DNA of 64,000 nucleotides from Candidatus Eiseniibacteriota bacterium (lineage in GTDB: Bacteria; Eisenbacteria; RBG-16-71-46; CAVPCR01). The stretch lies in NCBI GenBank assembly GCA_963702435.1, contig CAVPCR010000002.1:384001-448000 (forward strand), written 5' to 3'. A model generated the notes under the pieces. It was not told where the DNA came from, did no database searches, and saw nothing but the letters and a program-made list of their open reading frames with translations. Positions 50,849 to 60,655 of this stretch are shown piece after piece. Numbering within the stretch: position 1 is the stretch's first letter; every line of letters starts with the position of its first letter. Both the position numbers and the translations under genes were made by a program.

Positions 50849-52156
50849 TCAGGGCTCGAAGCGGAGCTCGATCACCGGCGATCCGGAGTGGATGCGCCCG
50901 CTGTTGTTCATGATGGCGATGGCCAGGTAGTACGGCTCCTGGCCCGCGACGTTGAAATCGATGTCGTCCCCGTTCCCGACCACGAGCAGGCGGCTCATTT
51001 CGACCGTCCAGGTGCCCTTGACCTGGATGTTGCCGGGGCTCACGATCGCCTCCCAGCGGCCGCGCGCCTCGACGTCGTGCCGGCTCTCGCGGGCGGCGGA
51101 GTTCGCCGGGCGGGTGAGGAGGAAGGCCGAGACATCGTCCCCGACCGTCCACTCGACGACGTCCTCCTGGTTGAACTCGCGGCACGGGTTGTTGCGCGTC
51201 GTGCAATCGACAGGCTCGCCGCCCGAGGTCGTCCCCGATCCGTCGAACACGTACTCGCACGGGCGCATGTTGTCGTTCAGGCGCGTGGTCGGCTGTTGCT
51301 CCGTGTCGAGCCCGATCGCCACCTTGAGCGGCACCGGCCCGCTGCCGCCGCCGACGCAGGGAACCAGCCGGTAGTTGTCGCGGAAGAAGCTCGTCCCGAG
51401 ATCGTCCACCCGGCCCGCGCCGTCGGCGTAGCCGTCGTCGGCGAAGCCGACGCGCGTGCTGCCGAAGAGCGGGTAGTTGACGGGATTGGTGCGGGCGGCG
51501 CGCCAGTGCCAGACATCCACCGCGCCGGAGAGCGGGTTCATGTTCCCGTGGCAGGCCACCTGGCATCCGCGCTCGCGGAAGGTGCCGGCCCCGTCCGCCG
51601 CATCCCCGAGGTCCCACATGACGGACACGCGGTCCTCATCCGCATCCACCAGGTTCCACGACGAGCAGTCCACAAGCAGCGTGTCACAGCCGGTCGGGAT
51701 CAGGTTCCGCTCGGGATCCCAGAGCAGCCGCGGGCCGAGTTGATTGGGCGCCGCATCGGGCCACTGGACGAGTATGAAGAGCCGCTCCCCGTCGTGCGCC
51801 GCCTTGATCGCCGCGAGGAAGCTGCCGCCCTGGTTGCCGTTCTCGGGGCCGACCGCAACGTAGGAATAGGGAACGTCGATCCACTCCGGATCGGTCGCCA
51901 CCCCGTCGACGAGATAGCGGCGCTGCGTGCTGTCCGCACCGGGCACCGCCACCAGACGGGAAGCGCGCCTGGCGGTCACGAAGCTCGGGTTCTCGGGGAG
52001 ATCATCGAGGCTGCAGCCGGCGATGAGGCCGAGCCCGGCGCTGAAGGCCAGGAAGGATGCGGCCATGGAGAGCGGCAGGTAGCCACGAGACCGCGGCTTC
52101 GACGGGCGCTCGCCGCTTCGAGTCGCGGCCGCGCCTGCCACGCATGGGATTGACAC
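50849..52156 (-). CDS. Lipoprotein with ethylbenzene-dehydrogenase-related (DOMON-like) heme-binding domain
   Basis: Lipobox LIAGC; VDG....EW, KAAHDG..LF.L.QWPD, EDR, CQVACH, DVWHWRAARTNP, WTVEMSR. Start GTG 52156 or ATG 52066. Confidence 0.78.
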   Translation of the reverse strand: MSIPCVAGAAATRSGERPSKPRSRGYLPLSMAASFLAFSAGLGLIAGCSLDDLPENPSFVTARRASRLVAVPGADSTQRRYLVDGVATDPEWIDVPYSYVAVGPENGNQGGSFLAAIKAAHDGERLFILVQWPDAAPNQLGPRLLWDPERNLIPTGCDTLLVDCSSWNLVDADEDRVSVMWDLGDAADGAGTFRERGCQVACHGNMNPLSGAVDVWHWRAARTNPVNYPLFGSTRVGFADDGYADGAGRVDDLGTSFFRDNYRLVPCVGGGSGPVPLKVAIGLDTEQQPTTRLNDNMRPCEYVFDGSGTTSGGEPVDCTTRNNPCREFNQEDVVEWTVGDDVSAFLLTRPANSAARESRHDVEARGRWEAIVSPGNIQVKGTWTVEMSRLLVVGNGDDIDFNVAGQEPYYLAIAIMNNSGRIHSGSPVIELRFEP

Positions 52157-52211
52157 CGGTCAGGCCTCCAACCAGGCGCAGGGCCGCCCGGAAAGACTCA
52201 CAAAGGATGCC

Positions 52212-52241
52212 AATCTAGGAACTTGCGGCCGCTCAAGTCAA
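52212..52241 (-). promoter_or_regulatory. Putative sigma70 promoter of the lipoprotein/barrel operon
   Basis: TTGACT-N18-TAGATT. Confidence 0.6.
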
Positions 52242-52597
52242 GACCGGTGGAAACCCGCGCGGTCACCCCCGAGGCCCGGACTCGTGCGCCCTCTGCGCCG
52301 ACCTTGGGGGAGTCGGCGACGGATCCTTGTTCTACGGTCACCCCTGCCCCACCCATCCTCGGACCCGCGCCCCTAGTGGCCACCCGAGGCCCTGCTCCAG
52401 GAGACGATCGTGGGGATAGACGACCGCGATGCGCCCGCAAGGAATACTCCCCCGGCGCTCCGGCCAGTCGGTCCGGAATCATGGAGCCGCACCGGAATGG
52501 GGTCAAGTAGGGAATGAACGGATGGCGGGCCCCGAATCCCGCCCGCGAGGCTCCGAATCCGCTCGGAGCTCCCGCCGGCCCGCGCCCGGCTCCGGCT

Positions 52598-53665
52598 TCA
52601 GGCGCGGGGCCGCGCCGGGCGGCCGCCTGGTCCGGAATCCGGGCCGGCCGCGCCCGGTCGCCCCAGCTCGCGCCGGAACCAGCCGCGCCGCCAGAAGGTG
52701 GCGAGGAGCACGAGGGCGAGGGTGCCCATGACTCCGATCATGGCCGGGAAACCCCAGCGGGAGGAAGCGCCCGGCAGGTGCTCGAAGTTCATCCCGTAGA
52801 GCCCGGCCAGGAAGCTGAGCGGCAGCATGACGGTCGCGATGATGGAGAGGACCTTGATCACATCGTTCGTGCGCTGCGCGACGCGCGAGATGTAGGTGTC
52901 GGCGGCGCCCGCGATCATGTCCCGGTAGAGCTCGATCGCGTCGTTGATCCGGAGGAGATGATCGACCACGTCGCGCAGGTAGTAGCGGGTGCGCTGGTCG
53001 ATGGCCGGGTGATCGTGATGGACGATCGCCGCGAGCGTCTCTCGCTGCGGCATGGCGAACCGGCGCAGGCGGAGGAGGAGCTTCTTGAGCGCAAAGATCT
53101 CGGCGAGCGTGTGCGGAGTCGCCGCGGAGAAGAGGTCCTCCTCGATGTGGTCGATCTTGTCGTCGAGCTCGTCGAGGAGCGGGAAGTAGAGATCGACGGC
53201 CGCATCGAGGATGGCGTAGAAGAGGTCGTCGGCCCCCCGGGCGAGGAGCGCCGGGTTGTCCTCGATGCGCGCGCGGATCTGGTCGAGGAGCTTGAGCGGC
53301 TCGGTGTGCACGGTGACGAGGTAGCGCAGCCCGAGGAAGCCGTCGAGCTCGACGAAGTCGATCTCGCTGCCCCGCATGAGGTCATCGCCCGCGGTCAATC
53401 CCGTCACTGCATGGAAGACGAAGAAGAGGTAGTCGTCGTACTCCTCGATCTTCGGCCGCTGCACGCCGTGCCGGCAGTCCTCGATCGCCAGTTGATGGAA
53501 GCGGAACTGCCGGAGGAGCCAGTCGAAATCGGCATCGGTCGGCTCGGAGAGATCGACCCACACGACACCCGCATCGGCGGCGAGGATGCGTGCGAGATCG
53601 TCGTCGGACAGCGCGGCGTGAAGATCGCGCCCGCCGCCGGGGCAGGCGAGGATGGTCCGGGCCAC
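52598..53665 (-). CDS. corA: Magnesium/cobalt transporter CorA
   Basis: FH.LAIEDC...QRPKIEEY, RDVVDH, YGMNF signature, two C-terminal TMs. TTGACT-N18-GAGAAT promoter at 53730-53701. Confidence 0.96.
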   Translation of the reverse strand: MARTILACPGGGRDLHAALSDDDLARILAADAGVVWVDLSEPTDADFDWLLRQFRFHQLAIEDCRHGVQRPKIEEYDDYLFFVFHAVTGLTAGDDLMRGSEIDFVELDGFLGLRYLVTVHTEPLKLLDQIRARIEDNPALLARGADDLFYAILDAAVDLYFPLLDELDDKIDHIEEDLFSAATPHTLAEIFALKKLLLRLRRFAMPQRETLAAIVHHDHPAIDQRTRYYLRDVVDHLLRINDAIELYRDMIAGAADTYISRVAQRTNDVIKVLSIIATVMLPLSFLAGLYGMNFEHLPGASSRWGFPAMIGVMGTLALVLLATFWRRGWFRRELGRPGAAGPDSGPGGRPARPRA

Positions 53666-53793
53666 CGGGCACCTCCTTGCAAGTGGATGGATTCCGCGGC
53701 ATTCTCGGCCCCGGCCGTCCCGGGAGTCAACTCCGGGAACCGCGCGGCCGTCGTGCGGGACCCGATCACCGTCCTTGTGCGAGGCACATCTCC

Positions 53794-54699
53794 ATGCAGG
53801 TCAATGCGAGTCTCTGGGACCGCGTGAGCAGCGCCGCGGGCGGCTGGCTCGGCTCCCAGAGCGCGATCCACTGGTTCAAGACGAGCGGGATTCGCATTCT
53901 CATCATCCTCCTCGGCGCGATCATCGTCCGGGCCGTGCTCCGGCGGATCGCCGCCGGCGCCAAGAGGAAGATGGCCGCCGATGGGACCATCACGGAGGAC
54001 GAGAAGCGCCTCGCGACCATCATCGGCATAACGCAGCGCTTGATCACGGTGGTCGTGTCCGCCCTCGCCCTGGCCATGATCCTCGACGAGGTCGGGGTCC
54101 CCATCGGCCCCCTCCTCGCCTCGGCTGGTGTCCTCGGCCTCGCCGTCGGATTCGGCGCCCAGAACCTGGTCCGCGACGTCGTGTCCGGCTTCTTCATCCT
54201 GGTCGAGAACCAGTACCGGGAAGGGGACGTGATCGAGGCGGCCGGGGTCTCCGGGCGGGTCGAGCACTTCGGGATTCGCGCCACCGTGCTCCGGGACGTC
54301 ACGGGACGCGTCCACTACATCCCGAACGGGGAAATCAAGGTGATGTCGAACCTGACCCAGGGGCGCTCGTCGGCGGTCGTCGACGTCGGCGTGGCCTACG
54401 ATGAAGATGTGGATCGGGCCGTGGCCGTCTTGAAGGACGTGTGCGCCGGGATGCGCGCCGATCCGGAGTACGGGGCGCGCATCTCCTCGGCCGAAGTGCC
54501 CGGGATCGAGCGGCTCGATGACTCGGCCGTGGTGCTACGGGTCGTGCTCGAGACCGTCCCGCTCGAGCAGTGGGCGATCGCCCGCGAGTTCCGCCGCCGC
54601 ATGCTCGCTGCGTTCAAGAACCAGGGTATCGAGATCCCCTTCCCGAGCCGCACGCTCTACATGAGCGCCGGGTCGGAGCGGACGCCACCGCTCGCATGA
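53794..54699 (+). CDS. MscS-family mechanosensitive channel (YbiO-like)
   Basis: GLAVGFGAQNLVRD..SGFFILVENQY..GD, IPNG, GIEIPFP. Confidence 0.93.
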   Translation: MQVNASLWDRVSSAAGGWLGSQSAIHWFKTSGIRILIILLGAIIVRAVLRRIAAGAKRKMAADGTITEDEKRLATIIGITQRLITVVVSALALAMILDEVGVPIGPLLASAGVLGLAVGFGAQNLVRDVVSGFFILVENQYREGDVIEAAGVSGRVEHFGIRATVLRDVTGRVHYIPNGEIKVMSNLTQGRSSAVVDVGVAYDEDVDRAVAVLKDVCAGMRADPEYGARISSAEVPGIERLDDSAVVLRVVLETVPLEQWAIAREFRRRMLAAFKNQGIEIPFPSRTLYMSAGSERTPPLA

Positions 54700-56630
54700 C
54701 CCGATCGCGGCCGGCAGCGGCGACGGGGAGCCCCGCCGCGCCACCGGCGCGCGCCGCGAGCCGCGTCGCGCTCCGCCTCGCCTTCGTCCTCGTCCTCGCC
54801 CTCGCCGCGGCCCTCGCCTGGCGCGAGGAGACCTCCCTCGATTACGGCTTCCATGCCGCGACCGGCCGCTACATCCTCGAGCACCGCGCGTGGCCGCGCA
54901 CCGATCCGTTCACCTACACGGTCGCCGACCATCCCTACATCGACATGCACGGTCTCACCCAGATCGCGCTCGCCCTCGCCGAGCGAGCGGGCGGGCTCGG
55001 CGCGGTAGGTCTGTTCAGGGTCGCGATGGTCCTCGCGACGACGGGAATCCTGATTTCGCACGCGCTCCGGCGCGGCGCGCGCACGCCGGCGCTCCTCGCC
55101 CTCTTCTTCACGCTCGGGCTCCTGGCCTGGGAGCAGCGCTTCTTCGCGCGGCCCGAGCTCGCGACCTTTCTCGTCCTCGCGGTCGAGCTGTGGCTCCTCC
55201 GGCGGCATGCCGAAGATGGACGCGCCCGCTGGCTCTACGCGCTGCCGGTGCTCCAGCTCGTCTGGGTGTACGCGCACGCGCTCTCGCTCTTCGGGGTGGC
55301 GGTCGCCGGGCTCTATGCGCTCTGCGGGCTCGCCACCCGGCGGCGTCGCGATCGCACGCCGTGGGTGGCGGTCGCGCTCATGGGGGTGGCGATGCTGCTC
55401 AACCCCTATGGCCCGCGCGGCGTCGCCTTCCTCTGGAACCTGCGCACCCGCCTCGAGGCGACCAACGTCTTCGCCGGCTCGATCAGCGAGCTCGGCTCGC
55501 CGTTCGCGCCGGGGACGCCGGACCTCTTCCCCTTCCTCGCCTTCAAGGCGCTCTTCGGACTCGGGCTGGTGTGCGTGCTCGCGGCACTCCCCCGCCGGCG
55601 AGTCTCGCCCTTCGATCTCGCGCTCGTGGCCGTGTTCCTCTGGCTCGCGGCGACCGCGGTCCGGAACATCGGGCTCTTCGTGGTGGCGGCGCTACCGGTC
55701 TTCGTCGATGCCGCAGAGGGAGTCGTCGAGCGGGTCGGGCGCCCGGCGCGCGGGCGCCGGCGCGCGCGCGGGCGAGCGCCCCTCCTCCGCGCCGCGGCAA
55801 CGGCACTCGCGCTCGCGCTCCCGGCGGTGGCGCTCGCCGGTGTCATCGCCGGGGGCTACTACGTGCGCGATCGCCGCCCCGGCCAGTTCGGGAGCGCCTT
55901 CTCCGCCGGCACGTATCCGCTCCGGACGGTGGACTTCATCGTCGAGCACGGCCTCCACGGCCCCATCTACAACCATCTCAACTTCGGCGGCTACCTGATC
56001 GGGCGGCTGTGGCCCGCCGAGAAGGTCTACATCGACGGGCGGCTCGAGGTGATCGGCGAGGAGTTCTTCGCCGAGTACAAGGCGGTGAACGAGGGTCGAG
56101 GATGGGCGGCCACGATGCGCCGATACGACCCGAACCTCGTCCTCCTCCCGCACACCTCGCTCGATATGATGAAGCGGCTGGCAGCCGATCCCGGGTGGGG
56201 GCTCGTCGAGGTGGACGGCGTCGCCGCGCTCTTCCTCCGCGCGCGGCCCGAGAACGCGGCGCTCATCGCCGCGGCCCGCGCCCGCTTCGCCGCGGAGAAC
56301 CGCCCCGCGGAGGCCGGCGAGGCCACGCTCGCGCCGCGCCCGCGCCCACCGGCCGTCGTCCGCTGGTTCACCCCGCGGCGCTTCCCGTGGGACGCCTGGG
56401 GGCGCGGGAACGGGCTCCTCGGGCTCGGCCTGACCGAGGCCGCCCGCCGCGAATATCGGCGGGCGCTCACAGAAAGCCGCGTCGACGAGGTGCCGCTCGT
56501 CACCAACTACGCCGCGGCCTCATTCCGGCTGGGGCGGCGCGAGGAGGCGCGCAACTGGTATCGCCACCTCCTCGCGCTCGATCCGGGAAGCAAGCTCGCC
56601 CGCGACCGCCTCGCCACGCTCGGCGGCTGA
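54696..56630 (+). CDS. Polytopic membrane protein (GT-C-like) with C-terminal TPR
   Basis: ATGA overlap. D.GFH..TG..I...P..DPF, RPEL, WV..H, LNPYG, VRN, FGGYL, IDGR, terminal TPR. Confidence 0.75.
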   Translation: MTRSRPAAATGSPAAPPARAASRVALRLAFVLVLALAAALAWREETSLDYGFHAATGRYILEHRAWPRTDPFTYTVADHPYIDMHGLTQIALALAERAGGLGAVGLFRVAMVLATTGILISHALRRGARTPALLALFFTLGLLAWEQRFFARPELATFLVLAVELWLLRRHAEDGRARWLYALPVLQLVWVYAHALSLFGVAVAGLYALCGLATRRRRDRTPWVAVALMGVAMLLNPYGPRGVAFLWNLRTRLEATNVFAGSISELGSPFAPGTPDLFPFLAFKALFGLGLVCVLAALPRRRVSPFDLALVAVFLWLAATAVRNIGLFVVAALPVFVDAAEGVVERVGRPARGRRRARGRAPLLRAAATALALALPAVALAGVIAGGYYVRDRRPGQFGSAFSAGTYPLRTVDFIVEHGLHGPIYNHLNFGGYLIGRLWPAEKVYIDGRLEVIGEEFFAEYKAVNEGRGWAATMRRYDPNLVLLPHTSLDMMKRLAADPGWGLVEVDGVAALFLRARPENAALIAAARARFAAENRPAEAGEATLAPRPRPPAVVRWFTPRRFPWDAWGRGNGLLGLGLTEAARREYRRALTESRVDEVPLVTNYAAASFRLGRREEARNWYRHLLALDPGSKLARDRLATLGG

Positions 56631-56664
56631 GCAGCGCCGGCAGGACGCCTGACGACGCCAGCGG

Positions 56665-58878
56665 TCAGCGCTCGCCGGACGCGAAGAGCTCGCCCATGAG
56701 CGCGAGCACCGCCAGGCGCTTCCCGTCGCCGCGCGCGCGGCAGGCCGCGATCTCGCCGTCCGCGTACGCCGCGAACGCCTCCCCGACGAGGAGCCGCGGG
56801 TCCTTCCCGTAGCGGGCGAGCCGCTCGTCGATCCAGCGCCCGATCTCGCCCCGGTCGCCCCCGCCCGAGGCCAGCGCCGCCGCCACCCGCTCCTCGAACT
56901 CCCGCACGAAGCGCTCGGCGAAATCCACCTTCTCATCGAGGGCGACGAGGCCCGAGATCTTGAGCGCCCAGGCCGGGAGCGTGACCCCGATGAGGCCGAG
57001 GCAGTGCGCGACGAACGCCTCCTCGAGAGCGCGCGCTCGCGCGGCGACCGCCGAGCGCACCGCCGCGAGATCCTCGCCCCGCGCGAGCGGCCCGCTCGAC
57101 GCCTCGATGTAGGTCTTGTTCTTGGGCTCGGTCCCCGAGGGCCGGATGATGACGCGCGAGTCATCCGCGAGCTCGAACACCAGCACGTTCCGCGCTGCGC
57201 GATCGGTCTCGGCGAGGATCGGCCCGAAGCGGGAGCCCGGCCCCTCGTCCCAGTGATCGGCGAAGCGGCGCACGCGGACTCCGCCGATCGCCGCCGGCGG
57301 CTCGCGCCGTAGTCCATCCTGGATCCGCTCGATCGCCGCCTGGCCCGCCGCCCCGCGCATGACCATCGAGGTCAGCCGGTTCACGACCACGCCGTGCGCG
57401 CGATGGAGATCATCGAGCACATCGGGCACCGTCCGCCCTTCCGCGCGCACCCGCGCCGCCAGCTCGGCGAGGACGAGGGCCGGCCCCGCCGCGTCCTTGT
57501 CGCGGATCTCGCTCGAGAGGAGGGCGCCGTGCGACTCCTCGACCGCCACCACGAAATCGCCGATCGTGCCCGTGAAATCGCGATAGCGACCGGTGCGCTC
57601 GATCGTGTCGAGGACCGCCGCCATCCACTTGAAACCGACGAGGAGATCGCCGACGAGCGCCGCGCCGTGGGCGCGCGCCACCCGCCGGACGAGGTCCGAG
57701 GTGACCTCGGTCGTGATCACGAGCGGCTGCTCGGGGAGCGTGCCGAGCGCACGCCGCCCGCGGAGCACCTCGTTCACGACGAGCGTCGCGATCTCGTTCC
57801 CGTTCAGGAAGCGGTAGTCGCCGCGCGCATCGCGCACCGCGGCGCCGATGCGGTCGGCATCGGGATCGGTCGCGAGTACGATGTCGGCGTTGCGCTCCCT
57901 GGCCACGGCGATCGCCCGCGCCATCGATTCCGGCACCTCGGGATTGGCGATGCCGAAGGGCACGGTCGGGAACCGCCCGTCCGGCCTGTCCTGGCCTTCC
58001 GGGCACCAGGACGCAAAGCCGGCGGCGGTGAGCACATCGCCCACGGTCGTCCCCCCCGTGCCGTGGAGCGGCGTGTAGACGACCCGCGCCCCACCCCGCT
58101 CGCGCCGCGTGCGGAGGGTCAGGTTGTGCTCGACGTACGCCGCGTGCACGGCGGGGGGAATCGGCGCGACGAGGCGCGGATCGCCCTCCGCCGCGACCCG
58201 CGTCACCGCCGCGACGCGATCCACCATGGCCTGGTCCTCGGGCGGGATCTCCTGCCCGCCGCGGCGGTCGTAGACCTTGGCCCCGTTGTCGTCGGGCGGA
58301 TTGTGCGAGGCCGAGACGACGAGCCCGCCGTGCGCGCCGAGATGGCGGATCGCGAAGGAGAGCTCGGGTGTGGCCATGACGCGGTCGGAGAGGAAGACGC
58401 GCACGCCGCCCGTCGTGTAGACGCGGGCCGCGAGCTCGGCGAAGGAGCGCGAGGTCACGCCCGCGAGCGGACCGAGATGCTCCCGCGGATAGAGCCCGCG
58501 CACATCGTGGAACTCGCGCGTGTCGTAGCCGATCACGACCGTGAGCCCCGCCCGGCCGAAGCGCTCGCCGAGGAACTCGAGATGCCCGGCGACCGACGTC
58601 GCGAGCGTCCACGGGTTGAACCGGTTCGGCCCCGGTCCGACCGGCCCGCGCCGTCCGCCGGTGCCGAAGGGGAGCACCTGGTAGAAGGCATCGAGGAGAA
58701 GCGCGAAGGACTCGTACGCGATGAGATGCGCGAGGAGCGGCCGGTACGCCGCGAACTCCTCGTCCTCGAGCCAGCGCGCGAGGTTCGCGGCGGCCGCCGC
58801 GCGCACCGCCGGGTCGACGTCGAGCGCCGCGAAGCCCGCGCTCACTCCCGCCGCCCAGGCGGGTTTCGCCCCCATCAC
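56665..58878 (-). CDS. Phospho-sugar mutase (PGM/PMM) with C-terminal extension
   Basis: FGTGGRRG, SASHNP, YTPLHG, DPDADR, VGFK, EES, RPSGTEPK. Confidence 0.93.
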   Translation of the reverse strand: MMGAKPAWAAGVSAGFAALDVDPAVRAAAAANLARWLEDEEFAAYRPLLAHLIAYESFALLLDAFYQVLPFGTGGRRGPVGPGPNRFNPWTLATSVAGHLEFLGERFGRAGLTVVIGYDTREFHDVRGLYPREHLGPLAGVTSRSFAELAARVYTTGGVRVFLSDRVMATPELSFAIRHLGAHGGLVVSASHNPPDDNGAKVYDRRGGQEIPPEDQAMVDRVAAVTRVAAEGDPRLVAPIPPAVHAAYVEHNLTLRTRRERGGARVVYTPLHGTGGTTVGDVLTAAGFASWCPEGQDRPDGRFPTVPFGIANPEVPESMARAIAVARERNADIVLATDPDADRIGAAVRDARGDYRFLNGNEIATLVVNEVLRGRRALGTLPEQPLVITTEVTSDLVRRVARAHGAALVGDLLVGFKWMAAVLDTIERTGRYRDFTGTIGDFVVAVEESHGALLSSEIRDKDAAGPALVLAELAARVRAEGRTVPDVLDDLHRAHGVVVNRLTSMVMRGAAGQAAIERIQDGLRREPPAAIGGVRVRRFADHWDEGPGSRFGPILAETDRAARNVLVFELADDSRVIIRPSGTEPKNKTYIEASSGPLARGEDLAAVRSAVAARARALEEAFVAHCLGLIGVTLPAWALKISGLVALDEKVDFAERFVREFEERVAAALASGGGDRGEIGRWIDERLARYGKDPRLLVGEAFAAYADGEIAACRARGDGKRLAVLALMGELFASGER

Positions 58879-58891
58879 GTGCCCTCCCGCC

Positions 58892-59993
58892 CTAGTTGAG
58901 CCGCCGCCGGAGCCAGGCCTCGATGAAGAGGTCGATCTCCCCGTCCATCACCGCGATCACGTTGCCGGTCTCGGTATCCGTTCTCAGATCCTTGACCAGC
59001 GTGTACGGCTGGAAGACATACGAGCGGATCTGGCTCCCGAAGGCGATGTCCATCTTCGCTGCCTCGATCGCATCCGACTTCTTCTTCTCCTCCTCGAGCC
59101 GGAGCTGGTAGAGGCGCGACTTGAGGATCTCCATGGCCTTGTCGCGGTTGCGGTGCTGGGAGCGCTCGTTCTGGCAGGCGGCGGCGATCCCGGTCGGGAG
59201 GTGCGTGATGCGGACCGCCGAGCTCGTCTTGTTCACGTGCTGGCCGCCGGCGCCCGAGGAGCGATAGGTGTCGACCCTGAGATCCGCCTCCTTGATCTCG
59301 ATCTCGATCGAGTCGTCCACGCGCGGGCTCACGAACACCGAGGCGAAGGAGGTGTGCCGGCGGCGGCTCGCGTCGAAGGGCGAGATGCGGACCAGCCGGT
59401 GGACACCGCTCTCCCCCTTCAGGTAGCCGTAGACGAAGTCGCCGGCCACCTCGACCACCGCGCTCTTGATTCCCGCCTCCTCGCCCTCGCTCGTGTCGAG
59501 GATCTCGTAGCTCATGCCCTGCCGCTCGACCCAGCGCACGTACATGCGGAGCAGCATCGCCGCCCAGTCCATCGACTCGGTGCCGCCGGCGCCGGCATTG
59601 ATGGTGACGATGGCCCCGAGGTGATCCTCGGCCCCGCCGAGAAGGCTCTTCCGCTCGAGGGACTCGACCTCGGCGACGAGCGCCGCCGTCATCGCCGCCG
59701 CCTCGGTGCGGCTGGCTTCGTCGTTCTCCTGGGCGGCGAGCTCGAAGAGGACCTGGGCGTCCTCGAGCCGGCGCGCGGCGGCGGCCCACGGCTCGACGAG
59801 GGCGCGCGCCGTCTTGAGCTTGCCGATCGTCTCGCGCGCGCGTTCCGGGCTGTCCCAGAACCTGGGATCGGCCATCGTCTCTTCGCAGCGCGCGATGTCG
59901 GCCCGCTTCTTCTCTACCTCAAAGAAACTCCTTGAGCTGGCCGAGCTTCTTCGCGAGCTCGGCGAGCGTCGTCTCGACGTCCTGTGTGTCCAT
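58892..59993 (-). CDS. prfB: Peptide chain release factor 2 with programmed +1 frameshift
   Basis: ATG 59993, 24 codons, then CTT TGA (59924-59919) after an internal AGGAG. The +1 frame continues EVEKKR...; SPF and GGQ motifs are present. Confidence 0.97.
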
Positions 59994-60010
59994 CGCGCGT
60001 CTCTCCTCGG

Positions 60011-60655
60011 TCACCGCGCCCGGGCGGCGGTCCGGATATCCTCTGCGAGTTCGTCGGCCCGCGCCGCGAGCCCGTCGAGACTACCATCGTTCACGATGAC
60101 GCGGTCGGCCTGGGCCGCCTTCTCCTCGTCCGTCCACTGGAGCGCGAGCCGGCGCCGAGCCTCGGCCTGATCCATGCCGCGCGCGGCGGCGCGGCGCACC
60201 CGCTCCTCGGGCGCGGCGACGACCACCACGAGGAGATCATAGAACGCGCGGTGCCCGCTCTCGAGGATCATGGTCGCCTCGATGACGACGGCCTCCGCGC
60301 CCGCGCGGCCGCGCGCCTCGACCTCGCGGGCGAGCGCGGCGCGGATCGGCGGGTGGAGGATCGCCTGGAGCCTCGCCTGTCCCTCCGGATCGACGAGCGC
60401 GCGCCCCGCGAGCACCGTCCGATCGAGCCGCCCCTCCGCATCGACGAGGCCGGGCCCGAAGGCGCGCTCGATCTCCGCGAGCGCCGGGCTCCCCGGGGCG
60501 GTCACCTCCCGCGCCAGCTGATCGGCGTCGATGACCTCGATCCCGCGCGCGGCGAGGAGCCGGCCGAGGGTCGATTTCCCGGCGCCGAGCCCGCCGGTCA
60601 GCCCGACCACGAACGGCCGCCGCGCCGCGTTCCCGGCTCCTGCGGCAACGCTCAC
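60011..60655 (-). CDS. coaE: Dephospho-CoA kinase
   Basis: GLTGGLGAGKST, IDAD, LDR, ILHP, AD.VI.N. Confidence 0.95.
   Translation of the reverse strand: MSVAAGAGNAARRPFVVGLTGGLGAGKSTLGRLLAARGIEVIDADQLAREVTAPGSPALAEIERAFGPGLVDAEGRLDRTVLAGRALVDPEGQARLQAILHPPIRAALAREVEARGRAGAEAVVIEATMILESGHRAFYDLLVVVVAAPEERVRRAAARGMDQAEARRRLALQWTDEEKAAQADRVIVNDGSLDGLAARADELAEDIRTAARAR

Noticed and set aside
58009..58022. GGACGCAAAGCC resembling part of a c-di-GMP-I riboswitch
   Set aside because: Lies antisense within the mutase CDS and lacks the upstream GGCAAAC/GAAA stem.
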